From positions 10,106 to 74,105 of the forward strand of contig CAZWDH010000001.1 of the NCBI GenBank assembly GCA_964632865.1: 64,000 bases of DNA, in the 5' to 3' direction. Under the pieces are notes generated by a model. The model searched no databases. It had not been told where the DNA came from and was given only the letters and a program-made list of their open reading frames with translations. The translations under genes were made by a program, and so were the position numbers. The stretch's first letter is position 1; each line of letters opens with the position of its first letter. This stretch comes from an uncultured Nitrospiraceae bacterium (lineage in GTDB: Bacteria; Hydrogenedentota; Hydrogenedentia; Hydrogenedentales; SLHB01). Below, in pieces: positions 45,861 to 55,023 of the stretch.

Positions 45861-48287
45861 CATGGTCAGCGTCCCGGGGGACAATCCCGGAGAGATGATC
45901 CCGCCCGCGCTAATATGCGGAACGGCAACGGTCCCCGTGCCCATCAGCGCGCCGTTGGGATTGACGACAATGTTTCCCCTTCCGTCGATCCTCGCTTCGA
46001 CGAGGGCGACGGACCCGCCGCCCGGTCCGCCGGCGGGATTGCCGATGGTCATCGTGCCGTTGATGGTCAAGATCGCGTTCGGATCCGCCAGCAGAATCTC
46101 GCCTCGCCCGGCGGCGACGCCCACCTGCGCGTTCCCATCGACCGTCAACGAGGTGAAGAAGGTCAAGGCGATAATTCCAGTTGCGGCAGGGGTGTCGCGG
46201 CCGACCACCAACGTGTCACAACGAACGCCCGACCCGGTAAGAACGTTGAGCAAGCCGATCCCCGTGGCGCCGACCGAAAGCGCTCCATTCACGCGAAGAA
46301 ACGCAGTGTCGCGCACGGTGACCGTTCCGCTGGGGTTGCCCCCGCCCAGCCCGATCAACATTTCACCGTGGTTCTCCATGACCGCCCCGGTGTCAAGCTG
46401 CACGATGCCCGGCGCCGCGATGCCGACTTGTGTTCGCCCGTTCACCGTCAGCCTCGAACCCGGCTGGGGTTGAGCCGGCGGGTCGGAAACCACGACAATC
46501 CCCTGCGCATCCGACCCGACGAATAGACCGTTGTTTAAGACGGCGTTCGCCCCGGATCGGATGTTGAGCTGTCCCGACGCCTCGATGCCTACGGTCGTCC
46601 CTACGCCCTGCCCGCCCACGGATCCGACGGTCAGCGTGGGACCACTTCCGCTTGCACCGCGCAGCGTAACATCCGCCGAGCCGGGTCGAATCTGACGGTG
46701 TCCAATGAACAGGCTGTCGGTGCTGACTCGACCGCCATTCTGAACCACAACCTCTTGAAGCTCCGTGGCGTTGACGAAAGTGCCCCCGGAAACACCCAGG
46801 ACGCCGTCTCCACCTTGCCCATCGACGATCACTTCGCCGCTGGGGTTGGCGCCGTATCCGCCCACGACGAGATCCTCGCCGACTGTGACCCACCCGCCGC
46901 GCTCCACACTGAGACGACCACTCGCCCCGTTCCCCACGATCAGGGACATGTCCACATCGAAGTCACCGTACGAGTCGGGCGTTGAGTCATCGCCGCGGAT
47001 CGTCACGGTGCCCGCGGCGGACTTCCCGATCATCGGCGTTACGAACGAGGCCGTCGTGGCTTTGAAGAAGCCCCTGTCGATTTCCAACGTCCCGGCGGTC
47101 GCATCCCCCACGACCATCACACCGGTCATGTCGAAGAAGGAACCGTCATCCCTCACCTGCACCACACCCGGACCGTTCCCCGAACCGATCGTAAGCGCTC
47201 CCGTGGAAGCCGTACCGCCCTCGAGCACCTCCACGCTCCCCTTCCCGATTCGGGCAGATTCCGAATTCGTCCACGAGCTCCCGCCCTTGACCTCCAGTTT
47301 GGAGTTCGCGGCTCCGGTTGCACCGACGCTTGCGTGAACCGAATTCAACGATGCACCGCTCGCCAAGCGGAGTTGGCCGCCCTGGAGGATCCTGAGCGAC
47401 TCGCGGGAAGGCGGGGGGCCGCCTCCACTCGTGACCGATGCCGGGCCGACGGAAGCGGTGGAGAACACCTGAGCGCTTCCGCTGAACTCGATCGGGCTGT
47501 TGATCACAAGCCATTCAGCGGCCGTGGCGCCCGAACCGCTGACCGGGATGAACGCTCCGTTCGGAAGGGCGAAATAGGCGATGTCGCTCCTCTGTCCGTT
47601 ATGGACGGGAGCGCAATAGGCGCCTTCGCCTGAGTCCCAGTTGTTCGAATCTTGATAGGTTCCCCCGCCTGGGTTGTTCCAGTAACGTTCGTCACTGGTG
47701 ACCGTCGGCACGCATGTGACGGTCAATGTGCAGTCCACCGAGCCGGAGGAATCCATGCCATACGCGGCGCAGTTCAAGGCATAACTGGGATCGCCGTTAG
47801 GTTCTCCCGTGTCACTATCATAGTTGGGAGTGATGGGCGTGACGGTCACGACTCCCTCCTGGGTCGTCTTGTGGGCCCCGGTGGGCGTACAGAACACGTC
47901 GCCGCCCACAACGCTGGGGTCGACATACACGGAAACCTCGGCGACATGATGCCAGAAGTTCAGCTCCGCGGGATGCACACTCGCATGCGCTGTGATCGTG
48001 TAACCGGTAGGAGTCGTGGTGACGCTGAAGCTAGCTTCGGGCCCTGCACAATGGACCCACGGCCGCTTGGGGTCTTCAACATGGCATAGGCCGAAACACT
48101 CTGCCTCTCCCGTCAAATCTCCGATGTTTCCTACCGATTCGCTGCAAATCCATTGAGTCTGCGCGAACGCCAGCGGGTTGATCCTGAAGTCCTCCAGATG
48201 TCCATCGAGGCAATCCGCCCGGACCTTGCCGGCGATGAGCAACAACGACAGAACCATGAGGCATCCGTCTCGGATCAAGCTCGACAT
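45435..48287 (-). CDS. Large secreted protein, paralog 1: signal peptide, autotransporter-associated beta-strand (PATR)-like repeats and a C-terminal dockerin-like EF-hand pair.
   Basis: N-terminal MSSLIRDGCLMVLSLLLIAG; repeated GG..L...G/TIG.G.G.V blocks. C-terminal FADFDDDGDKDLTDVAAFQNCFG...ADWENDGVIGGREIQELGARLTGP. Confidence 0.78.
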   Translation of the reverse strand: MSSLIRDGCLMVLSLLLIAGKVRADCLDGHLEDFRINPLAFAQTQWICSESVGNIGDLTGEAECFGLCHVEDPKRPWVHCAGPEASFSVTTTPTGYTITAHASVHPAELNFWHHVAEVSVYVDPSVVGGDVFCTPTGAHKTTQEGVVTVTPITPNYDSDTGEPNGDPSYALNCAAYGMDSSGSVDCTLTVTCVPTVTSDERYWNNPGGGTYQDSNNWDSGEGAYCAPVHNGQRSDIAYFALPNGAFIPVSGSGATAAEWLVINSPIEFSGSAQVFSTASVGPASVTSGGGPPPSRESLRILQGGQLRLASGASLNSVHASVGATGAANSKLEVKGGSSWTNSESARIGKGSVEVLEGGTASTGALTIGSGNGPGVVQVRDDGSFFDMTGVMVVGDATAGTLEIDRGFFKATTASFVTPMIGKSAAGTVTIRGDDSTPDSYGDFDVDMSLIVGNGASGRLSVERGGWVTVGEDLVVGGYGANPSGEVIVDGQGGDGVLGVSGGTFVNATELQEVVVQNGGRVSTDSLFIGHRQIRPGSADVTLRGASGSGPTLTVGSVGGQGVGTTVGIEASGQLNIRSGANAVLNNGLFVGSDAQGIVVVSDPPAQPQPGSRLTVNGRTQVGIAAPGIVQLDTGAVMENHGEMLIGLGGGNPSGTVTVRDTAFLRVNGALSVGATGIGLLNVLTGSGVRCDTLVVGRDTPAATGIIALTFFTSLTVDGNAQVGVAAGRGEILLADPNAILTINGTMTIGNPAGGPGGGSVALVEARIDGRGNIVVNPNGALMGTGTVAVPHISAGGIISPGLSPGTLTMDGDLEILPGGALIMEYAGQNPGEFDVLHVTGQTTLGGRLEVHFRDGFSPLDPAAFIQSEDFVEADGIVAGDFDRRIYAFPDLFADFDDDGDKDLTDVAAFQNCFGLSGGELEPACGRADWENDGVIGGREIQELGARLTGP

Positions 48288-48334
48288 AAACCTCTCCCCT
48301 CTCTCGGGCGTGTCGCCTTTATGAACACGGCGGC

Positions 48335-51157
48335 TTACCGCGGTCCGCTGAGTCGGGCCGTCAGTTCGCGTACCTCTATTTCGTTGAGAACGCCGTTATC
48401 CTCCCAATCGGCTCGGGCACAAGCGAGTTCCAATGCCGCACCCGACAACCCGAAGCAATTTTGGAACGCGGCCACGTCAAAAAAGTCCTTGTCGCCGTCG
48501 TCGTCGAAGTCCGCGAAGATGTCGGGGAAGGCGTAGATGCGCTGGTCGTAGTCGCCCATGATGACCCCATCGGCCTCGACGAAATCTTGTGACTGAACGA
48601 ATGCCACCGGATCATCTGGCGAAAAGCCGTCGCGGAAGTGAATCTCCAACCGTCCGCCAAGCGTGGTTTGTCCCGTCACGTGCAAGACGTCGAATTCGCC
48701 GGGATTCAGTCCGGCATATTCGATCACGACCACTCCGCCGGGAAGGATGTCCAAATCACCGTCGATGGTGAGCGTGCCGGGTGAAAGACCCGGGGAGATG
48801 TACCCACCGGCCGAAACGTGCGGGACGGCCACCGTCCCCGTCCCGGTCAGGCTGCCGTTCTTATTGACCACGATGTTCCCGGTCCCGTCGATCAAAGCGT
48901 CCACGAGCGCGACGGCGCCACCGCCGGGACCGCCGCCGGGACTGCCGATGGTCATCGTGCCGTTGATCTCAAGTCTTCCGCTCGGATCGGCGAGCAGAAT
49001 CTCGCCCCGACCGGCGCCCATACCGACCTGCGCGTTCCCATACACCGTCAAATGCGAAAAGCCAGGATTCACCGAAACATTGGGAACGAACGATGCCACG
49101 ATGATTCCCGTCGCTCCGAACGTGTTGCCGCCCACGAGCAGGGTGTCGCAAGTAACGTGCGAGGGAAACATTCCCGGCTCATCGACAATGTTGAGCAGCC
49201 CGATCCCCGACGCCCCCACGGCGAGTGTCCCGTGGATCCATAGGTGCGATCCGGAGTTCAGGTTGACCGATCCGCTGGGATTGTCGCCGCCCAGCCCGAT
49301 CTTCAGATCCCCGTGGGTTTCCAGGAACGCGTCGTGGTCAAGCTGCACGATGCCCGGAGCGCCAATGCCGACCTGCGTTTCGCCGTTCACCGTCAGCCCT
49401 GTGGCCGGACCCGGAGGGTTGTTCAGCCCCGAAACCATCACAATCCCCTGCGCTCCCTCCCCCACGTGCAGTCCATTGTACAGTTCCGCTCGCGCCGCGG
49501 ACTGAAGGTTGAGCTGTCCCGGCACGACCTCGCCCACAAAAGTTCCTGCCCCCCCTCCGCCGGCAATTAATCCCACGGTCAGCGTGGGATAGTTCCCGAC
49601 GGGGCCCCGAAGCGTGACATCCGCCGTCCCAGGCCGAATCTGACTATTCCCGATGAAAAGCTCCTTGGTGCTGAACTCACCGCCGTTCTGAACGAGAACT
49701 TCCTGCAACTCCGTGGCGTTGACGAAGGTTCCCCTATGAACATCGAGGGCGGCGCCCCCGCCCTGACCGTCCACCACTACCTCCCCGCCGCCGGCGCCGG
49801 CGCCATAGCCGCCCACCACAAGGTCCGGGTTGATGTTGGCTTGTCCCCCGCGCATGATGTTAAGTCGCCCGCTCGCCCCGTCGCCGACAATCAGGGAGTA
49901 ATCTGCCACCTGAAAATATCCGGACGAGTCGACGTGGGAGTCATCGCCGCGGACCGTCACCGTGCCGGGGGCCGACTTGCCGATCCGCGGGGTCACGGTC
50001 ACCGGGGTCACGATCAGGGAGCCCTTGTCGAGTTCCACGGTTCCGGCGGTCGTGTCCCCCACGTAGAGCACGTCATTCACGTCGAACCTGGAACCAACGC
50101 CGGTCACGCGAACCGATGCCGCACCATTCCCCGAGCCGATAGTCAGGGATTTGGTAGAGCCCGTGCCGCCGTCCAGCACATCCAAAATTCCCCGCCCGAT
50201 CTTGGCGGACTCCGTGTTGGTCCAACGCCCTCCTTTGACTTCCAGCATGGAGTTCGTCGCCCCGCTTGCCCCGACGCTTGCGTGAACCGAATCCAGGGAG
50301 GCCCCGCTGGCCAGGCGGAGCTGCCCGCCAGTCCGAATAACTAGCGATGGGTTGGTCGCTGACGTCGAGAACACTTGCCCACTTCCGCTGAACGCGATCA
50401 GGCTGTTCTGCACGATCCACTGCCCAGCCGTTGCAAGGGGGCCCGCCGTCACCGGAATGTGGTTTGCTGTTGCCAATTGGAACATCGCTGAATCGCTCCG
50501 TTGGGTGTCATGGACCGGAGCGCAGTAACCTGAAAACGACGACGCCCAGTTGGTCGCATCTTCGTATGCGCCGCCGCTTGGGCTTGACCAGAACCGGTAT
50601 CCGCTGGACACGGTGGGAGTACAGGTAACTGTTTGCGTGCACGCAACCGCACCAGGAACAGTACGACCGCCAGCCCAGCAAAAGAAGGGAGTTCCGGGCC
50701 CCGTCGTAACCGTCTCGACGCCTTCGATTACAGTTTTACTAACAGTGTCGTACGTGCAGGCCACTTCACCGCCGACCCGTTGAAAGCTAATGTAGGCATT
50801 GCTCAAACCTGCACTCTGAAGGACACCCAGCGAGGGATTCACCGCGGCGCTCACCGTAATCGTGTATCCGGTCGGTGAAGTACTCACGCTGTAAGTCGTT
50901 TCCGGACCCGGGCAAGGCACGTATTCGTCATCCCCCAGGCACAGGTTGGGACACTCGGCCCCACCGGAATTGCTCAGCATGACCGGCCTTTCGTCGCAGT
51001 ACGGTAAAGGTGCAACACCAAAATCCCGGTGCGCCCAGATGAAAACCTCGAAACCGAAGTTCTCTACGTGTCCGTCGAGGCAATCCGCGCGGCCCCTGCC
51101 GGCGACAACAAGCAGCGTTAAGGCGACGAGACGCGCGTTTCGATTCCAAATCCTCAT
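48335..51157 (-). CDS. Large secreted protein, paralog 2, with the same architecture. The true start is probably Met 51157 (MRIWNRNARLVALTLLVVAG).
   Basis: Shares the N-terminal ADCLDGHxExF region, the PATR-like repeats and a nearly identical C-terminal ~140 aa with paralogs 1 and 3. Confidence 0.78.
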   Translation of the reverse strand: MRIWNRNARLVALTLLVVAGRGRADCLDGHVENFGFEVFIWAHRDFGVAPLPYCDERPVMLSNSGGAECPNLCLGDDEYVPCPGPETTYSVSTSPTGYTITVSAAVNPSLGVLQSAGLSNAYISFQRVGGEVACTYDTVSKTVIEGVETVTTGPGTPFFCWAGGRTVPGAVACTQTVTCTPTVSSGYRFWSSPSGGAYEDATNWASSFSGYCAPVHDTQRSDSAMFQLATANHIPVTAGPLATAGQWIVQNSLIAFSGSGQVFSTSATNPSLVIRTGGQLRLASGASLDSVHASVGASGATNSMLEVKGGRWTNTESAKIGRGILDVLDGGTGSTKSLTIGSGNGAASVRVTGVGSRFDVNDVLYVGDTTAGTVELDKGSLIVTPVTVTPRIGKSAPGTVTVRGDDSHVDSSGYFQVADYSLIVGDGASGRLNIMRGGQANINPDLVVGGYGAGAGGGEVVVDGQGGGAALDVHRGTFVNATELQEVLVQNGGEFSTKELFIGNSQIRPGTADVTLRGPVGNYPTLTVGLIAGGGGAGTFVGEVVPGQLNLQSAARAELYNGLHVGEGAQGIVMVSGLNNPPGPATGLTVNGETQVGIGAPGIVQLDHDAFLETHGDLKIGLGGDNPSGSVNLNSGSHLWIHGTLAVGASGIGLLNIVDEPGMFPSHVTCDTLLVGGNTFGATGIIVASFVPNVSVNPGFSHLTVYGNAQVGMGAGRGEILLADPSGRLEINGTMTIGSPGGGPGGGAVALVDALIDGTGNIVVNKNGSLTGTGTVAVPHVSAGGYISPGLSPGTLTIDGDLDILPGGVVVIEYAGLNPGEFDVLHVTGQTTLGGRLEIHFRDGFSPDDPVAFVQSQDFVEADGVIMGDYDQRIYAFPDIFADFDDDGDKDFFDVAAFQNCFGLSGAALELACARADWEDNGVLNEIEVRELTARLSGPR

Positions 51158-51203
51158 ACATTTCTCCTCGCTCCCGGACATGCCGCGCTATCCATTCGAC
51201 GGC

Positions 51204-54158
51204 TTATCGCGGTCCGCTGAGCCGGGCCGTCAGTTCGCGTACCTCTACCTCGTTGAGAACGCCGTTATCCTCCCAATCTGCGCGGCTACAAGCCGGTTCC
51301 AATTCTCCGCCGGACAGGCCGAAGCAGTTCTGAAACGCGGCCACGTCGGCGAGGTCTTTGTCCCCGTCGTCGTCGAAGTCGGCGAAGATATCCGGAAAGG
51401 CGTAGATGCGCTGGTCGTAGTCACCGGTGACAATCCCCTCCGACTCGACGAAATCCTGCGACTGAATGAACGCCGTCGGGTCATCCGGCGAAAAGCCGCC
51501 GCGGAAGTGAACTTCCAGCCGTCCGCCGAGGCTCGTTTGACCGGTGATGTGCAACACGTCGAACTCGCCGGGATTCGGGCCGTGATGCTCAAGGATCAGC
51601 ACCCCGCCGGGCAACAGTTCCAGGTCGCCGTCGATGTTAAGCGTTCTCAGCCCGCCCGGAGCGGCGACCGTAGATTGGGTTGCCCCCTGCAATCGCGACG
51701 GAGTCGATACGGAAATATTCGGACTGAGAGTGCCTTGGTTCACCAAGCCAAAAAACCCCACAGCAAGAGTGCCCGTGCCGGCGATCACGCCGTTGGGGGT
51801 GATGTACGTCCCGTCGGTCGCAACCAGGGCGTCGTTTTGCATATCCAACTGGCCGCTGCCGCCCCCGACTTGGCCCACCTGCAAGATTTCCAGGGCGCGC
51901 ACAAATCCACCGTCCACGGTGAGCGAACCGGTTCCGTTCGTGCCGGCCTGCCCCCCAATCTCGATGTTGCGGCAGCGTAGCAGGCCGCCTTCGTCAAGGG
52001 ACACGCCGCCATCAAACTCGCGACCAATGGCGCACAGACCGGCCTGCGGATCCACCACCTCCAAGAAAGTCGGATTCGAAGTAACCGCAGTGCCCCACAA
52101 GATCGCCGCGCCGACGCCCTCCTTGCCGATGATCAAATCGCCGTCGATGTCGCCCTTGGCCGCGTTCCAAAAGGCCAAGAGGTTGGCGCTGCCCGCGCCG
52201 CCGACGAACACGCTGCCCAGCACGTCCAGGTCTGAGGGGTCTCCGTTTGAATGGCGACCGTCGATGCGGAGTTCGCCATTCTTGATTTGAACGTTTTGGC
52301 TGACATACAGGTCGCCGCCATTCAGCACCTCTATGTAGCCAAAGCCGGTCTGCCCAATGGTCAAATTGCCCAAGAGCGCCCACAGGGATGCCTGACTAGT
52401 GCCCGCGCCGACGCCTTCAATCGTCACGTTCGAGTCTCCGCTGATGATGCCGAAGCTAACGAACGCATCGTTCGAGTTCACGCGCCCGCCGCTCTCGATG
52501 GTCAGGGTGCCGAGGGCGCCATAGCCCACGGCAATGTTGCCGGTGTCCCATAGCGAACCATCTCCGCCCACTACCGCTGTGCCGGGTGCCGTTGGCAGCA
52601 AGCCGCCCAGACGCGCCTCGGCGCTGGTCAGATGACCGCCATTGGCCACAAACAGGTCGCCCGCCCCTTCGTCGCCGATAGACAGCCGCCCCGTGCCGTT
52701 CAGACTGGTGCCGCTGTTGAACACCTGCAAATGGGCGATGGATGGATTTGTGGGTGGATCCCCGCCGATGATGGCGTGGATCATATTCCCCGCACCCGAA
52801 GTGATCTTGACCGTCCCCCCATCGTTGACGGTCAGCGCCGGTTCCGTCACCGAATCGTCCAGTAGATTCAAAGACAAATTGACGAAATCGACCGTGTTGG
52901 TGCCGGATATGATTGCTCGACGCACCGGAAAGGTGGCCGCCGGCGTGGCTGCGGTGAATGCGGCGCTGGCATCTACCGTGTATTGCCCACTCAGGGCAAA
53001 GACGACGGTATCGCCATCGCCGGGGTCGCCCTGCGGGTCCCAGTTCGTAGTCACGTGCCACGAGCCGCCGCTCGCGTTAATCCAGCGATACGCCTGTGGC
53101 TTGAGCAGGAAGGCACGACCCTGGCCGTTGAAATTCCCCTCACCGACGATCTGGCCCTTGCTATTGATGGCGTGCGCTTTAGTCAATTCCCAACCTGAAC
53201 CCGGCGGGATCAAGTTGTTGAGGTCCTGCATCTGGCCGTTCTCCCACAGGAAGGCGCGAAGCCGACCGGCGGGAGTGAGGATGTACGAGTGGCCGACTAC
53301 CTGGCCCTGGTCGTTGATGTCCAATGCAACGTTGAATATCTGCCCTCCCAGGGTGCCCAGGTCTTGCATGCCGCCGTTCTGCCACAAGAAGGGGCGTTGT
53401 GTGTCACCATTTATAAACGATTCTCCCACCACCTGGACGGCATTGTTAATCGCATACGCCTGACTGTTCGGACCTCCCAGGGTGCCCAGGTCTTGCATCG
53501 ATCCACCCTGCCACAGGAAGGCATAGAATGGCTCACGATGAACGCGCTCGGAATGGCCGACTACTTGGCCAGCGTCGTTGATGTCGGTAGCTAGGCTACT
53601 GTTCCCTCCCAGGGTGCCCAGGTCCTGCATCGAGCCGTTCTGCCACAAGAAGGCGCGCATCTGCTGTGTGCTGTTGAGTGACCAACCCGCTACTTGCCCG
53701 GAACTATTTACCCCATATGCCTCGCCGCTATTACCGCCGAACGTGCCCAGGTCTTGCATGTCGCCGTTCTGCCACAAGAAGGGGCGTCCCCCTCCGCTGC
53801 TGGTAAGTGCCATCCCAACAATTTGGCCGGCATCGTTGATATCGTTTGCCCGACTCATTTGCCCACCCAGCGTTCCCAGGTCGGTCATCACCCCGTCTTC
53901 CCACAGAAAAGCATGGGTATTTCCGCCGGAAGTGGCTGACCAGCCGACCACCTGACCCTCGTCGTTAATACCGTAGGCTCCGCTGGACGACCCTCCCAGC
54001 GTGCCCAGGTCGGTGATGGCGTAGCGCGGACCGGCAGGCGGGTTAGCCTGGAGTGCCGTTTGCCCGTTTGTCGCCAAGGGAGATGCTCCCAGTTGCGCTA
54101 CGCCAAACAGGGATAGCAACAGTGCAATCAACGCGACCGAAAAAAGTGATTGTTTCAT
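51204..54158 (-). CDS. Large secreted protein, paralog 3: eight or more N-terminal HAF-family extracellular repeats, then PATR-like repeats and the dockerin-like C-terminus.
   Basis: Repeats D(L/M)GTLGG..S.A..IN..GQVVG.S.....HAFLW..G.MQDLGTLGG; signal peptide MKQSLFSVALIALLLSLFGVAQLGA. Confidence 0.8.
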   Translation of the reverse strand: MKQSLFSVALIALLLSLFGVAQLGASPLATNGQTALQANPPAGPRYAITDLGTLGGSSSGAYGINDEGQVVGWSATSGGNTHAFLWEDGVMTDLGTLGGQMSRANDINDAGQIVGMALTSSGGGRPFLWQNGDMQDLGTFGGNSGEAYGVNSSGQVAGWSLNSTQQMRAFLWQNGSMQDLGTLGGNSSLATDINDAGQVVGHSERVHREPFYAFLWQGGSMQDLGTLGGPNSQAYAINNAVQVVGESFINGDTQRPFLWQNGGMQDLGTLGGQIFNVALDINDQGQVVGHSYILTPAGRLRAFLWENGQMQDLNNLIPPGSGWELTKAHAINSKGQIVGEGNFNGQGRAFLLKPQAYRWINASGGSWHVTTNWDPQGDPGDGDTVVFALSGQYTVDASAAFTAATPAATFPVRRAIISGTNTVDFVNLSLNLLDDSVTEPALTVNDGGTVKITSGAGNMIHAIIGGDPPTNPSIAHLQVFNSGTSLNGTGRLSIGDEGAGDLFVANGGHLTSAEARLGGLLPTAPGTAVVGGDGSLWDTGNIAVGYGALGTLTIESGGRVNSNDAFVSFGIISGDSNVTIEGVGAGTSQASLWALLGNLTIGQTGFGYIEVLNGGDLYVSQNVQIKNGELRIDGRHSNGDPSDLDVLGSVFVGGAGSANLLAFWNAAKGDIDGDLIIGKEGVGAAILWGTAVTSNPTFLEVVDPQAGLCAIGREFDGGVSLDEGGLLRCRNIEIGGQAGTNGTGSLTVDGGFVRALEILQVGQVGGGSGQLDMQNDALVATDGTYITPNGVIAGTGTLAVGFFGLVNQGTLSPNISVSTPSRLQGATQSTVAAPGGLRTLNIDGDLELLPGGVLILEHHGPNPGEFDVLHITGQTSLGGRLEVHFRGGFSPDDPTAFIQSQDFVESEGIVTGDYDQRIYAFPDIFADFDDDGDKDLADVAAFQNCFGLSGGELEPACSRADWEDNGVLNEVEVRELTARLSGPR

Positions 54159-54363
54159 TTGCCTCCTCCCTTACCCCTCCTCGAAAAAAAAGCGCCGCTC
54201 GGGACTGATTCGCCGCGGCATCTTTGTGCTTTTGTCGTATCCGAGCCATGCATCCACAACGCACACCCAGTGAGATCGGCCAGCACCCGATCGACGTGGC
54301 ACTTTCTCTATTCGCTAGTCGCCATTCTGAATTCCCCTGCGTTGGGGCGGGGCAATGTTTGAC

Positions 54364-54801
54364 TTACGCCAGGCAATGGACCGTCTCGCAGAGCGCCCTG
54401 CCGCACGCGCTGCCCTTCAAGACCTCGGCCACGGTCGTTTGAGCAAGGACTCGCTCGGCCTGGGCCAAGACGTCATCCAGCCGCTGGTGCAGCGGACATA
54501 AGTGATCGCCGTGGGTTTCCCTGCCCAGCGGGCAGCGTTCGATCCGCTGGACTCGGCCAACGGCGTTGATCACATCCAGAACCGAGATCCGGTGCGGTTC
54601 TCGGGCCAGCACAAAGCCCCCCGTCCGACCCGGCGTCGACGCGACGAGCCCGGCCCGGCTCAACGCCTGGAGAACCTTGGAAAGGTAGCCAGGCGGAACC
54701 GCCGTCCGGCGGGCGATCTCCGGCGTGCTGAGCGCCCCCTCCGGATGGCTGGCCAACCACACGACCGCTCGAAGAGCGTACTCCGCGCTTTGTGAGATCA
54801 T
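54364..54801 (-). CDS. Rrf2-family transcriptional regulator (NsrR/IscR-like, Cys-containing).
   Basis: MISQSAEYALRAVVWLASHPEG...PPGYLSKVLQALSRAGLVASTPGRTGGFVLAR, plus a C-terminal Cys cluster. Confidence 0.85.
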   Translation of the reverse strand: MISQSAEYALRAVVWLASHPEGALSTPEIARRTAVPPGYLSKVLQALSRAGLVASTPGRTGGFVLAREPHRISVLDVINAVGRVQRIERCPLGRETHGDHLCPLHQRLDDVLAQAERVLAQTTVAEVLKGSACGRALCETVHCLA

Positions 54802-54894
54802 GCTGATATATCCTCTTCAGCCCGGTGTTTTGCCAGTTCTTTTCCGGCCAACCTGGACCTTGACATCCATATTTTAGCCGGTAGCCTGAGAAAA

Positions 54895-54918
54895 GTAAAC
54901 CTGGATGTCCAGGTTTAC
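54895..54918. promoter_or_regulatory. 24-bp palindrome GTAAACCTGGA-tg-TCCAGGTTTAC (perfect 11-nt arms) in the divergent Rrf2/ccp intergenic region; candidate Rrf2 operator.
   Basis: The reverse complement is identical apart from the 2-nt centre. A degenerate half-site, aacctggaccttgacatcca, sits ~40 bp upstream. Confidence 0.5.
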
Positions 54919-55023
54919 TTGTGGCTTCGGTCGGCGGCAAAGAGCGGGGCCGCACCTCGGGGGACGAGTCATGGTCTCGTTCCGTACGAGTTCGCTTGTA
55001 GTTTGGCGTTTACGAATGGAGAA

